Origin: Schizochytrium sp. TIO01
Lineage: Eukaryota; Protista; Bigyra: Labyrinthulomycetes
Assembly (NCBI GenBank): GCA_004764695.1
Contig: SMSO01000031.1
Location: 5,872,761-5,936,760 of the forward strand
Length of the DNA: 64,000 nucleotides
Direction: 5' to 3'
The notes below the pieces were generated by a model. That model searched no databases, was not told the origin of the DNA, and saw only the letters and a program-made list of their open reading frames with translations. Positions 10,256 through 22,017 of this stretch are shown here, piece after piece (position 1 is the first letter of the stretch; the number at the start of each line of letters is the position of its first letter). A program made the translations under genes and the position numbers.

Positions 10256-13200
10256 ATGGACGAGGATTTCATCAAGGAGGTGCTGAATGATGTTGTGGAA
10301 AACTCTGCCTCTGACTCTTCAGCTTGGGGAAGCTCTTCCAGGGGTTGGGACGGCGATGTTGAATCAGATGGCATTGAAAGCGAGATTGATGCTTCAGAAG
10401 ACGCAGGGAGTGTCTTTTCTGATGGGACTATAGAAGACGAAGATAATGATGAAGTAGTAGAAAGGCATAAGGTTGGTGAGCGTACAAAGCGCATAAGTGC
10501 TTGCCAGGATGACTTTATCAAATCTATGAGGCAAAAGGCGGAAAACACATGAATAAAGTTCATAATTCTACGATATTTAGCCCAATGGCCAGGTTCATTG
10601 TCCATCAAAAGCCTTAACACCCGAAGGTATGCATGTCCGTCCAGTTGGAATCTGGTGGCCCTCGAAGATGTTTAAATCAATGAAGGGAAAAATCCCTTGT
10701 CCAGGATGCAATAAGGATCCCAGCTGCCGTATTCAAGCAGGCCTTGTGAGCTATGATGATGGGTTTTGGACGGATTCCCCGCGAGAGATAATTGGCTGGT
10801 GTGAAACATGGTTTCTTCAGACAAGGCGATACACATGTAAAAGATGCGGTTTGACCTTCAAGAATAGTGATCCACGCGTTTTGCGCTTATGTCCAGAAGA
10901 AGTTCGTGTATGTTTCAATCTAGTTTTAACAAAGCATGCCGGGATTGAGCGCGAGCTCAGTCGATGGGCATACTCCATGTGGGTAAAGAGTCCCGCTTGG
11001 TGCGTAGCTCAGATTCGAGAATCTCATGTCCGTCATTTTGGTCGCTTAGAGTCCGAGTACTATTTACGCGCAGTTACAGCCCTGCAGAAATTCGTTATCT
11101 CAGGTAAAAACTCCAAACTAAACGGAAAGATAAGCGACCACTTCAAAAATCGTATCAGCCCTGAAAGCGGCGAAATAAAACCGATGAAAGCAACTATTGA
11201 TGATCAAGAAGTTCCAACACTTGATGAGCAAAACGAGGAAAACTTTGCGGAGACCTTTTTAAGCTTTAAAATCGAACAAGTGAAGGGCTTCGGTGAAGAA
11301 AAACAAAAAGTTTTAATGAAGATGTTCGATCTCGCAACACCTTCAGTCCATGATTGCTATATACTAGCATATCGATATTTTTACAGCAAAGGAATATTTT
11401 AGAGATCCTGCAGGATAAACGTTTTGATTGTTTGTCGCTGCACAAGCGAAAGGACAGGCGGAGATCTACGTTGACGACCTGGGAAAAAAAGTTTATGATA
11501 TTCTTATTCGAACAAGTACAAAGTGATGCTGGGAAGACTGCTGGTTATGGTAGTACAAGTGGGAAACCTGATGAGGATGCACTTATAGTTCAAAAGGCAA
11601 TAACGAAGGCGCAGAGTGCGCTAGATAGACGCGACGCGCGAAATAGTCGAAACCATAAAAAAAGGCAGGCTGCCATTGAACAGGCAAGACAGAGGGCCTT
11701 TGAGGTACAGAGGGATAAGCAAGACACTGAGGAAGACCGTAGTGATAAAGTGAACCCTTCTACCAAGTTGCAAAGATTTGGGTATTTTGATGATCCAGAA
11801 GGCTACAATGGTTTGCTCGTCGGTAGTAGACTCCTTGATAGAGTATCGCTCCATCACTATCAGCATGAAGCGCGCGCACTTTTATACGAGACAGTAAGCT
11901 ATAGTGCGAGGTTTATCTCTATAGACTGCACCTTCGAAATCCCTGATCGAATTGTAGTTTATCTCACTCAAGATAACAAATCAAGGTTAGTTTTGCGCCC
12001 TCATCAAGCGCTGCTAACAATCACCAATGAATACAACCAGGTCGTTTATCATGCAGCCTTGGCAAATAGTGAGAACAACTCCGAAATCAAAGCCGCTCTA
12101 GAACGTTTTCGGCGCATTCGTGTTGAAATGGGCGAAAAAGATTACAAACCAGACTGTGTCTGGACTGATACATGCTGTTCCAGATCAAAGGAAATTATCG
12201 AAGAGGTTTTTGGTAAAGATGTGCCAGTACGACTAGACCTATTTCATTGGTTGCGCCGTTTGGACCCTATCATGGCGACAAAGCCAACATGCCCTCGCAG
12301 ATTAGCTTTTCAGCGAGCACTAGTCGACGCTTTCATCATGAGGAGTTCCGAAGAAGTGAAAAAAGTTGAGGAAGAACACAAAGACAGACACCCAAAATAC
12401 ATTCAAAAAATGATAGCAGAGACGGTTCCAGGTAATATTCCTGAACCAACGACACTAAAGTCACGGATTATTGAGGTCTTTAAAGCCTTTTTCCTGGATG
12501 AATTCCAATCAATGTCAAGCAACTTTTGGACGAAGTTCATGGAAGCCACTGAGGGAAATCTCGGTTCTAGTACGGAAAAAAACAATGTGTCTCTGCCAAA
12601 AATAACTTTCAAACAGTCAAGTCTTCTTCAAATGGTAGCAAACGATGGATCTGGTCGCAGTTTCTTTCAAGTCTTAAGCGGGCTCTTCCACCACGTGAGA
12701 AAGGGATGCCTCAGTGATCCACTCAATATGATTTTGCAGACTCGTACACATGATGGGAAACGCCTCGTTGCGAGACGTAGCACGAATGGAAATAAAGCTT
12801 TTCATAGATTTCTTTCCACTTGCATTGCATACAAGATTATGGGTCTTGCTCGAGCTGACATTGTAATTACTGTCAATGTTGCTGCATACAACAGATCACG
12901 TTTAGTAAAGCTAGAAGGCCTGCCACAGTACTATAAGTATCAACCTTTGAGTCATCGTCTCATTCAGAACTCAATTGTACATCAGGCCTTCAAATCAATG
13001 TCCAAGAGCAACCTTCCGTATCCGAATACTGGACTTCCTGTATGCACACAAGCGTCGCTGAGTCATGGCTTAGCTGCTAACTATATTATCAGAAATCCTC
13101 TAACTGAGGAGAATCTCTTTGGGTCATCCAACATGGCTTTACTTGTCCTTCCTCTTTCAGACTTAGCAAAGACTGAAAAATATTCTGAAAGTGTTGCTCT

Positions 13201-15955
13201 TGCCGCAAGAGTTGGAAGTGAAATCACAGCTTTCCTGTATGCTTTAGGATTAGAGGACGCTAAATATTGCCAAAGAAAGAAAAGCCTACAGGGAGCGCCA
13301 TCTATAGACGTGATCCAACTTATGCTTGTCAAGCTCAACGGCGAAACAATCAAATCCCAAAGAGGGACCGTTAAAGATCTTCGAGACAAGAATTATCTCT
13401 TCAGGCTTGGGAAAAAATTCATCGAAAAACATAAAGCAGCTGAAGTGAAAGATCACATCAAAATTTTTTCTCTCTTATGCAATCAAGCTGCGAGTATCTG
13501 CAAGTCAGAGGTAAAACTGAAAGTTTACACCCAAGGGGAAAATGGAGGGGGCAAATTTACCCTGTGGAGCTACCATACAGGTTCCAGATCAAACTCTCAG
13601 TCCAGATCCCTTCACATAGGTAGAGCTGTACGCGCGCCTGGAGCTGCCCGAGCTAGCTTTCATGGTATGCGACTCCCATTCCAAGGTTCCAGTCGAGTCG
13701 CCGCTCTGGAAGCTGTAGATCATTGGATTGCCTTTCAGCAATCTCCATTTTCTAGCGATGAAAGTTTCCGAAATGAACAGGGCTACTCAACCAAGAACCC
13801 CGTCAACCCAACAGTTATTGGCGGCGTTGCACTTGACAAATTACTTAACGATGGCAAACAACCAGAGACGAGTTTTGTCATTCCCCCAGGAAGAAAGCTC
13901 CTATCTGAAGCTTCTCCAATACCTTTCGTTGCTGTGGGAGGGAACAAAAGTCAAAAGGCAGAGAGAAAGTTGTTTTCTAATCTACAAACGATAGGTAGGT
14001 TTTCCCTCCAGACTACTGATCCACGACATGACTTTCGTGCCTTCGAGAGACTTTGGTCCAGCTATACAGCAAGCCCAAGCTGGGGCTATCCTCCATTGTA
14101 CCATCCAGATTTTGGGGAGGGAATAACGATTCGCCCCAAAACAGCAGCAATGCTAAGAGAATATGCCTTGTGGCGCCAACGGCAGCGTGGAAATTGCAAA
14201 GCTCATTGTGACAAAACTGTCACTCTACTTGGGCAGTCGTTGGAGTGTTCCGGAGATGCAGCATTACCAGACTTTAACATGAAACTTCTGTATTCACCAA
14301 ATATGATCGGTAAAGAAGCTCTAGAAGAGCAGGACCTCAGAGATGCTCAAGAATTTGCTGCTTCAGATGAATCGTTGGGTGGACTTTCCGCCCTTTGGAT
14401 GCGGCCCTCACAAGCATCAAACTTCACATCGAACCCAGTTATGGTTGGAGTAGAACCCGAGCTTGGTATGAGTAAAGTTGAGCAGATGGAGAGTTACACT
14501 CCAATTCCTACGGAACCTTGGAGAACAATAAAAAATTTAAATGCACACAAGTATTGCTCAAACTGCCATCGGCCAAACCAAGTCCATCGACAGTGGAAAA
14601 TTCCATTTGGTCCCTCCTGTCGGCTTGGTAAATCGTTTCCAAATATAGTATTGTTTACTCGTGCACAGTTCAAACGAGAGTCCAAAATAAAAGTTCGCAG
14701 TTGCTCAAAACAAATCGTTAAAGCTTCTATCACTGATGTAAAGTCAACAGTGCAAACGACAGAAACAAAAAGAATGCTCGACGCGGAGGCGGATAAGGGT
14801 ACCGACAAAAGGGCCAGATATCAGGAGCCCTTAGCTACAAGGGGAACTGACCTCGAAGCGGTGAGTCGGTCTTCTCTGACCATGGATGAAAAGTCTTTCT
14901 GGCAAGGGTCTGCGAAAAATACTTTATAGTCTTGATCCCAATTTAATTCTGAAACTTCCATGTTTTAGATTCGGAGATACTCAGGTCGTGCCTTACCAGA
15001 TTCAAGTCGTTGACATTCTGCCTGCTTTCCGCCGAGAAAGCACGTACGAAGACTGGACAGACATTAAAATCAATACGAAGAAACTCGAAAAGGAAAATGA
15101 CATTTCCAGTGATAGTCCAGAACTTTATATGAACAACTTTCTGTTGGATGCGTGGTGCTCTCTCAAATGTGAGAACAACAGATTCAAAACTTCTTCAAAA
15201 CCTTGCTGCGTTTTGTATCTCCACATGCCTATGAAGCACTCCTTCAGCCAGAACATCCGAACAAAGAGGGGTTTTCTGAGTATGTGCACAAAGCAATTGT
15301 TGCCTCAATCCCAGATTCGAATTGGGAAGACAACACAAAAGTTTATATTCGAGGGGGAAATATGCCACCCCGTATTAAAGTACCAGCATGCGTGGATTAT
15401 GTTTTCTTCCCTGTGCTGTTCAGCAATCATTGGACCCTTACATTTATCGACTTTCGCTCGAACGAATGTGTCATTTTCGATCCAAAGGCGGCTTCGGTAG
15501 GCACACAGCGGAGAACTGCCAATCGAATATGTCTTGAAATCTTGTTTGGGCCTGATCACAGAGATAAACCCTGGTCTGAGGTGTCGGGGCACCAACACAA
15601 TAGCCATGATTGTGGGTATCACGTCGCTGCTCTGATGCATGGACTTTCTCAGCATGAAACAATTGTGGACGTTGACCCGGTTAAGCACTGGAAATCCAGA
15701 ATTATTTCCAATATCCGTGAAGAAGACATGCCAACGGTTCACCGACCATTGTTTGCCCTTGACATAGTGAAATCTTTGTGGAAGGAAAATTTAAAAGAAT
15801 TACAAGGTGAAACTATCGAGTCTACCATCGTGAACGCGAATAAAAGTTGCAATACATCCGCACTCGAAGCATTTTGCCTGAAGTTAAAAGGAGTTTCAGA
15901 CCAAAGTACCCCGATTGAATTTATGCTTAATCGATTAAAATCAAGCTCTACTTGA
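10256..15955 (+). mobile_element. Dada-superfamily DNA transposon coding region (DUF6729-like N-terminus, DDE transposase, Zn finger, C-terminal Ulp1/C48 SUMO protease), frame-disrupted; termini not defined
   Basis: N-terminal IWWP..CPGC..W.DSPR...YTCKRC...SDPRVL..P...F..VLT block. Catalytic-core motifs ISIDCTF (D 11924), WTDTCC (D 12167), RLDLFHWLRR (DxxH 12236-12247), HVRKGCLSDP and RSTNGNKAFH. Also DFRAFERLW...IRPKTAAMLREY and CSNC..H..C. Ulp1 motifs YMNNFLLDAW, FFPVLFSNHW, IFDP, HQHNSHDCG. Five ORF-track ORFs can be joined into ~1860 codons. Confidence 0.8.
15110..15955 (+). CDS. Ulp1/C48 (SUMO/deubiquitin-like) cysteine protease domain of the transposon protein
   Basis: His (15428-15430, NHW), Asp (15479-15481, FDP), oxyanion Gln and Cys (15611-15613, QHNSHDCG) are all present. 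The N-terminal part lies in the 14886..15500 frame and the rest in the 15203..15955 frame. Confidence 0.8.
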
Positions 15956-16830
15956 TCCTAGATAGCAGCCAACAAATTAAGAAATATTCACCTCTCTATA
16001 GCGAGACTTTAAGCGTGGATAAACCTAGGTAGAGAGAAGGAGAGATTTTGATTCATGGATATTGTTCCCTTCGTTCCCTGATTTTTTATGCAATGGTGAG
16101 CGCCCCAGGAACGAGCGGCTTGGCAAAATTACAACACCTACACTGCAAGTACATGGATTTTCTATTTTGTAGAAACTAGTTATTTGCGTGGATGTGTATC
16201 AGTCAGAGGAGCTTCACTTGTTCGCATTAGATGCCATAAATTTTGTGGAAGAACTCACGAAGTATTCGCAGGGCAATTGAATTCCACCTTTGGGCAGTTG
16301 GTAGGTTAAAGATACTAGCTAGATACTGCTATCTATCAACTAGGATAAAGTGCGACTTACACAGCGGCTATGCAGAACCCATTTCTAGCCTATTTTGTGT
16401 TGTTCTACTCTGCATACGCATAGCGTCGCAACGATCTCTAGTTCCACTGGGATGCTTTCGTAGGTAGGTACCATGTTCATGCTTGTGTGAGTGCGGGATG
16501 GAGAAAGACCTGCTCGTGTAGCAAGAGCTTCCCAAAGCCAGGACTTCCAGGCTCGGACGCAAACTAGGTTATGCGAGAACACAGCGAAGCAAGTAAAGAA
16601 AGATGAATGCAACTAGCACCTGCCGTTGACGCGATCCGACAAATTTTGCAGTTCCTCGTGCACGCCCGCACACTTTAAGACGAGTAATTTCGAGATACGC
16701 ACCGTTCAGTCCTGGCAAGTTTGCATCAATTACAACGAACGATTTAATTCGAAAAGATAACGATATTTCTTCCGCTTGGACGCGGACAAGGCTTACGCAG
16801 AAAAAAACGATTGTACCAAAAAAATGTCCC

Positions 16831-16855
16831 ACTTGGCAGACTTGGCAGACTTGGC
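16831..16855 (+). repeat. (ACTTGGCAG)x2.8 tandem repeat, possible transposon sub-terminal motif
   Basis: ACTTGGCAG ACTTGGCAG ACTTGGC read directly. It marks the end of a CpG-rich segment and the switch to AT-rich DNA. Confidence 0.6.
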
Positions 16856-17791
16856 CCTAGTTCTAGATGATATTAATTTATATATCCGAATACTACTCAC
16901 GGATACATGCTAACTTTATATTTGCTTATCACTCTACAAAACAACATCATTCGGGAATATTATACACTAAGTATAATCTAACAAGTGAAATCAGCGCGCT
17001 CCACGGAGAGAACCTCCTCTCGTCATGAACATGAAGAGCGAAAGACCTCAAATGATTTGTCTACGTTGAAGTAGGAGTAATGTTTTTCTAATTAACTACC
17101 AAGCCAAAATCATACTGTGAAGCTTTCAAACTCAACTTGCAAGAACCGACGACTTTGCGAACGTCCCACATTAGGGATTTTTTTGTTTGGAGTCATCATG
17201 CGCAAACTGGTTTTGCTCAACACTAAGTTGTTGCGCTGCAAACCGCAAACATACTTGTGGTACGCCAATCTGAACATGCACGAAGGGAACAGCATAGCAA
17301 CCCCCTACATAGTTTTCTCTATTGGGGAAAAGATTTTGCTTCATCCACATGTTTGATATCTAAACTTTATGTAGGTCTCTATGAGTTTGCTCAGGTATAG
17401 AAAATACTAAGATGACATGGAGAATAGGACATTTTCTCGCATATTTTAAACTCTTCACTGCTCAGGAGACAACTGTTCCATGTGTCAAGACGGTACAAAA
17501 TTAGACATAGAGAATTGCAAGATAAGACTGAGAAATAGACATTTGATCCAATAAACAAGGAAATCAAGCTTTTTAATAATTTTCGGCAGTTCGCGTGAAC
17601 AAAAGCCCAATGAAGCACACTGAACCGTGACAATTCTTCTCGAGTCTTAACAATCCTCTTTGAGTTCAAGATTTATCAAACAAACTAGCGGTGGCAAAAA
17701 CTCAACTCCCCATCAAATCTTCAGTGTGTTGTTGAAATCACAACTTGTGTTGAGAGTTATAAGAACACCGAGACTATACGCTGCAGAAATC

Positions 17792-18805
17792 ATGGATCCT
17801 TCTGTAGGAGCGCGATTTAACGAAAACCATGCTGCTATTTTACTGGCTGCTGTAACCATAACGTATGGATTCCACAATGCATCCACAATTAAATTGCAAC
17901 GAGAAAAGGAAATTAGCGAACACCCTAAAGTCCAGAGAACACCAAGTGCGACTTTGCCTCAAGACCATCCTGTCGCAACCTGGTTGATTACAAATGGAGC
18001 TGTGTGGGCTGTTGTTTGGTTAAAGTTCAAGTTTGGGTTTGCCCTCAAAACGAAGGACAGCTCTTTGATGACATTTGCAAAGCTCTTTTTTGGAAATATT
18101 TTGACTGTCGATGGTTGCATGGCAATCAACTACGTTCTCATCAATCATGTTTACGCGCATGTACCCTTTTTCACCCACAAACGCATGAAACAGTCTTATA
18201 AAGATATTCTCAGAGACTACCTAAAGTGCAATACAGTGGTAAATGTTCTTGGTGCAGTGATACAAGGCTACCTCTTTCACTGGCTGAAGAAAGGTGAACT
18301 CCAAGAAAAGATGCTCAATCAACCCTGGCGACCTTTGAGGTTTCTTCTCAGACTAATCTGGGTTAGAGTTCTGGTTGATGTAGGCTTTTGGCTTGGACAT
18401 AGTTCCCTGCACAGTAAAAAAATGTACACATGGGCGCATAGCACGCACCACGAACACAGTGCAACCCAACTGACTACGAACTACCATTTTGAATGGCAGG
18501 ACCTTGTTATTGAAGCATTTCTTCCATTCCTTGCCAGTATCTTGCTCTATGAGACACTAATTGGTAGTGTGGATCAATTTGACATGACCTTGCTTGGCAC
18601 TTACATCTTTTGGCATGAAATTGAATCCCATGCAGGAAAGCCCATGCCGACAATGCCGCTTATTGCTCCGCTTTCAACATTTACTTCGCATTTAGACGAT
18701 TGGAACTCGTGGTTCCACGAAATTCATCACCGTGTTTTGAAATCCAATTTCTCTATCACACCATGGTTTGACCAATTGATGGGCACCGATCGCTGGGACC
18801 TTTGA
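17792..18805 (+). CDS. Fatty acid hydroxylase / sterol desaturase superfamily membrane di-iron enzyme
   Basis: His boxes DVGFWLGHSSLH, HSTHHEH, HEIESH and FHEIHH, NFSITPWFDQLMGT tail, several TM segments. First ATG (MDPSVG) is at 17792. Confidence 0.9.
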   Translation: MDPSVGARFNENHAAILLAAVTITYGFHNASTIKLQREKEISEHPKVQRTPSATLPQDHPVATWLITNGAVWAVVWLKFKFGFALKTKDSSLMTFAKLFFGNILTVDGCMAINYVLINHVYAHVPFFTHKRMKQSYKDILRDYLKCNTVVNVLGAVIQGYLFHWLKKGELQEKMLNQPWRPLRFLLRLIWVRVLVDVGFWLGHSSLHSKKMYTWAHSTHHEHSATQLTTNYHFEWQDLVIEAFLPFLASILLYETLIGSVDQFDMTLLGTYIFWHEIESHAGKPMPTMPLIAPLSTFTSHLDDWNSWFHEIHHRVLKSNFSITPWFDQLMGTDRWDL

Positions 18806-19530
18806 TTACCCTCACTTAAAATTCTCTTCTATTTGTTAAAGTCAGCCGAAATAATAACAAGAAGCACAATCACGTTTTAAAATCTGAATGTATACTTCAT
18901 GGCATTACTCGCAGTTGTTGTTGAGATGCAAGCCAAATGTTCTTAGCATACATGTCAATATCTGAGCTCATAAAAACCAAACATTACCGGCTCATATTGA
19001 AGGAATTATGAGAAATATTTTATTTTCGCTTTCTTCCATATACAATTGAACATCTTCTTTTCGTTCTATCAGAATGACCAGAAGCATTTTCAAATATAAA
19101 TAAATATATCCGTTGTTGTCAAATGGGACATAACCGTTTAGTCCCTGTTTCCTCCCTTATATCACCCTCTTATAGAATAAGTACATGGGTCTAGATCCTG
19201 CTAATATTTTCCTTAATACTAGTATCTGGATCGACTATGACGCATAGTAATACTTAATGATGAGGGAATTAAAATATAAAAACGACAGCGTGCAACACCA
19301 AAAGGCGATATAATTTAAAAGCCGGGATAACATAAGACGAAGTGGTATGTTTGAAAGCTTGAGATAAGAGACTCACGTTTCATTCACTTTCCAAACCCTG
19401 GTAGATTCTAGAGTCACACAAAAGCTAAGTAGCCACTTGTTCGCCAAAAGCTTGACGGATGAGAGCTGAGCGTCAGCGAAATGCCGTAAGTTTCGCTTTT
19501 GTAGAAAATGAAGGGAAGGGTGGAGCGTAG

Positions 19531-22017
19531 ATGCTCCTGTTTGGTGAAGCTGGGGGACTACGGCCAACTAACATGACAGTATCGGCGGATATGTGCAGGT
19601 TTGAAATCGTCAACGGTGGCATTGAACATGATGAGGGGGCAAATACTCAAGATCGACCAATTCTACGAACCCGAACACGATTAATTCTTGATACTGAAAT
19701 CGCCAAGACCCGTACAAATGAAAGCGGTTCAAATCAAGGTCGCAATGCACTAAACAATAGACCATACGAGCCTCTTGGCTCCATGGAAAGCGTGTTGCAT
19801 TTGCAAATCAGGCGTAAAAGACAAACTGAAGTTATAAGTCCAAATATTGGCAAAGGGTCTCACGCTGGTAACCAGTCCTCATCAAACTCCGGAACTTCTA
19901 ACAAGGTCAATAGCAATAGCAACAATCACAATTCAAATGAAACTGGAGACCTATCAAACAAACACGAGCGACGAAGGACCCACGGAGGCAGCAGAGCTTC
20001 TGCAGGCACCGCCCGACGGAAATCGAAAGAACGCCTTTCATCACAAGCATCTGAAGAAGACGAAGAGGGGAGAAAATCTCCTCAAGATGGAGACCTTGAT
20101 TTATCAATAGTGCCATACGATCAAGACACCATGACAAGTAGGCTATGGGCTCTTCGATACGGCTCAATGTCAAACAATAATTCACGACATGGATCGCATA
20201 CACTAGGCTATGATGTGATTCTACAAAAGTTAAAAGAAGTGAACCATCGCATTACAGTTGTTCGAGCAGGAGGTAGTTTGTTGGGTTCGAGTAAGCGCCA
20301 CGATCCTATCGATTGCGCGAAATTTGCGTCTTCGAGGGCAGAACGTAGATCAGAATTCAACCATTCTACAGATGGAGTCTCTGTTGGTTCGCAGCAAGAT
20401 AGTCGTCTCCCAGAAAGTCCTTCAACTAGTACCACTCTGATTCAACCAAACATGAAGGCAAATGGGAAAAGAGATAGTGCAATAGTACCACTCCGCCCAC
20501 CAGGATCAAGTTCGAGCACCAGAGTCTCCCAACATCGAATGTCACTCATGGGTGGAAAACGTGCGAGCGTTCGGGGAGGAAAACTTCTCAACAAGACTCC
20601 CCTTACAGTTGTCGAACGACTTCAAGAGGGGCTCAGTGCTATTGCGCAATCTTCTGAGTTAGGGAATCACAAGAACCAGCATAGCCCTCAAAAATCAAAT
20701 GCTCAAGACCGAGGCGAAAGCGCAACTGGATATCCTCCGAGTAGACGGTCACGCAGAAACTCAATCTCTAGTGCAGGATCAGACAATCAAGGACGAAGCC
20801 CTGGTGACGACAAGAGTACTTCTGCAGCAACCGACGCAGCTGACAAACTTTTAGGACCACGTCTCTCAACATATTCAAAGGAGGTTATGGATAACGCAAA
20901 GGTCTTGGGCGAATACCAGAGGCGGCGTCTGCCCTCGTATGTCTTGCATTTTCCGCGCAAAGGTCAGAATGAAAAAACAAAAGACATTCTTGCAGAACTT
21001 CGAGCCAGACAATTGAATGAAACGATTGGAGAGCATAACGCTGGCTATGGGAGATCCGATTATACTCGCTCACACCCAAGCACTGGAGTTATGGGCGAAC
21101 GGGATCGTGACCCTGGAACCAACACGCGTCCCGATGAGTCGGGCCACTTACATCTTTCACAAGACCAAGCTGCTTTGAAACGTTTGAAACGCTTAGAGGA
21201 ACAACATGAGCGAATTTTAAAGCGCATTCAGAAGTCTGCGTTGCAAAGTCGCAAACTGCAGGATACAATTGTTGATCGTTGCCATGAGTTTTTTGAGACC
21301 AAGCGTCACCAGCAAAGTATCTTGCTCGATCGCATGACTGAGGCTGATTTTGAACGAGCAAACGAAGTTCGTCGCAAATTTATATCTCTGGATCTCGCTC
21401 TTCATCCTGCTCAGGTGCTCAAAAAATCAGCACAACGCTCACAGTATGCAACAAGCCAAATGGATACACAAAAACAACTTGACGAGATTCGCCGTACAGC
21501 TAAAGAGCTCCGTTCGCTCCAGGCCAAACACAACCTAGAAAATAGTGTCTGGTTTAAGACCCTTCTTGCCTCGAGAAGTGAATCAAGTAGCACACCCCTC
21601 TCACTTGCCGAGCAAAAGCTTCTTGCTGCTCTTAGAAAACTTATTATAGAAGGCTATCCTTTGAGCAAAGAGGTCTTCTACGGTGTACTCCTTGATGTTA
21701 TGGATAGGAGAGACCACTTTTTAGCTCCATTCCAGCGCCTTGTCACAGCAATCCGTGTTAATGTTCTCAAGATCGATCCTGTAGAATATCTTGAATTCTT
21801 AGAAGCAAACAAGCTCCATGTTCCTAAGACCTTGCTGGACTCAATTGAAACTGTTAAAAAGATCGAGGCTAAAACTGGGGATCTCAATGCTGGGATGCGT
21901 GCTGCAGCACTTGCCATGCGGTGGAAGATTCGTACGAAACGAAAGGGAAGTAATGGTTCGATCTCATCACGATTCAGTCGTAGATCATCTAGTCTTTCAT
22001 CTGAAGTAGAAATTTAA
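19531..22017 (+). CDS. Uncharacterised 828-aa protein: disordered S/R/N-rich N-half, coiled coil, helical C-terminal domain
   Basis: Long single-exon ORF; the true start may be the ATG at 19573. No family recognised. Confidence 0.8.
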   Translation: MLLFGEAGGLRPTNMTVSADMCRFEIVNGGIEHDEGANTQDRPILRTRTRLILDTEIAKTRTNESGSNQGRNALNNRPYEPLGSMESVLHLQIRRKRQTEVISPNIGKGSHAGNQSSSNSGTSNKVNSNSNNHNSNETGDLSNKHERRRTHGGSRASAGTARRKSKERLSSQASEEDEEGRKSPQDGDLDLSIVPYDQDTMTSRLWALRYGSMSNNNSRHGSHTLGYDVILQKLKEVNHRITVVRAGGSLLGSSKRHDPIDCAKFASSRAERRSEFNHSTDGVSVGSQQDSRLPESPSTSTTLIQPNMKANGKRDSAIVPLRPPGSSSSTRVSQHRMSLMGGKRASVRGGKLLNKTPLTVVERLQEGLSAIAQSSELGNHKNQHSPQKSNAQDRGESATGYPPSRRSRRNSISSAGSDNQGRSPGDDKSTSAATDAADKLLGPRLSTYSKEVMDNAKVLGEYQRRRLPSYVLHFPRKGQNEKTKDILAELRARQLNETIGEHNAGYGRSDYTRSHPSTGVMGERDRDPGTNTRPDESGHLHLSQDQAALKRLKRLEEQHERILKRIQKSALQSRKLQDTIVDRCHEFFETKRHQQSILLDRMTEADFERANEVRRKFISLDLALHPAQVLKKSAQRSQYATSQMDTQKQLDEIRRTAKELRSLQAKHNLENSVWFKTLLASRSESSSTPLSLAEQKLLAALRKLIIEGYPLSKEVFYGVLLDVMDRRDHFLAPFQRLVTAIRVNVLKIDPVEYLEFLEANKLHVPKTLLDSIETVKKIEAKTGDLNAGMRAAALAMRWKIRTKRKGSNGSISSRFSRRSSSLSSEVEI

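Noticed and set aside
11354-11402. Programmed -1 ribosomal frameshift between transposase ORFs
   Set aside because: No canonical X XXY YYZ heptamer in the right frame, and needing four such shifts in one gene is implausible.
16088-16125. CAATGGTGAGCGC, resembling a tRNA D-loop/A-box, right of the transposase
   Set aside because: No anticodon arm or B-box follows.
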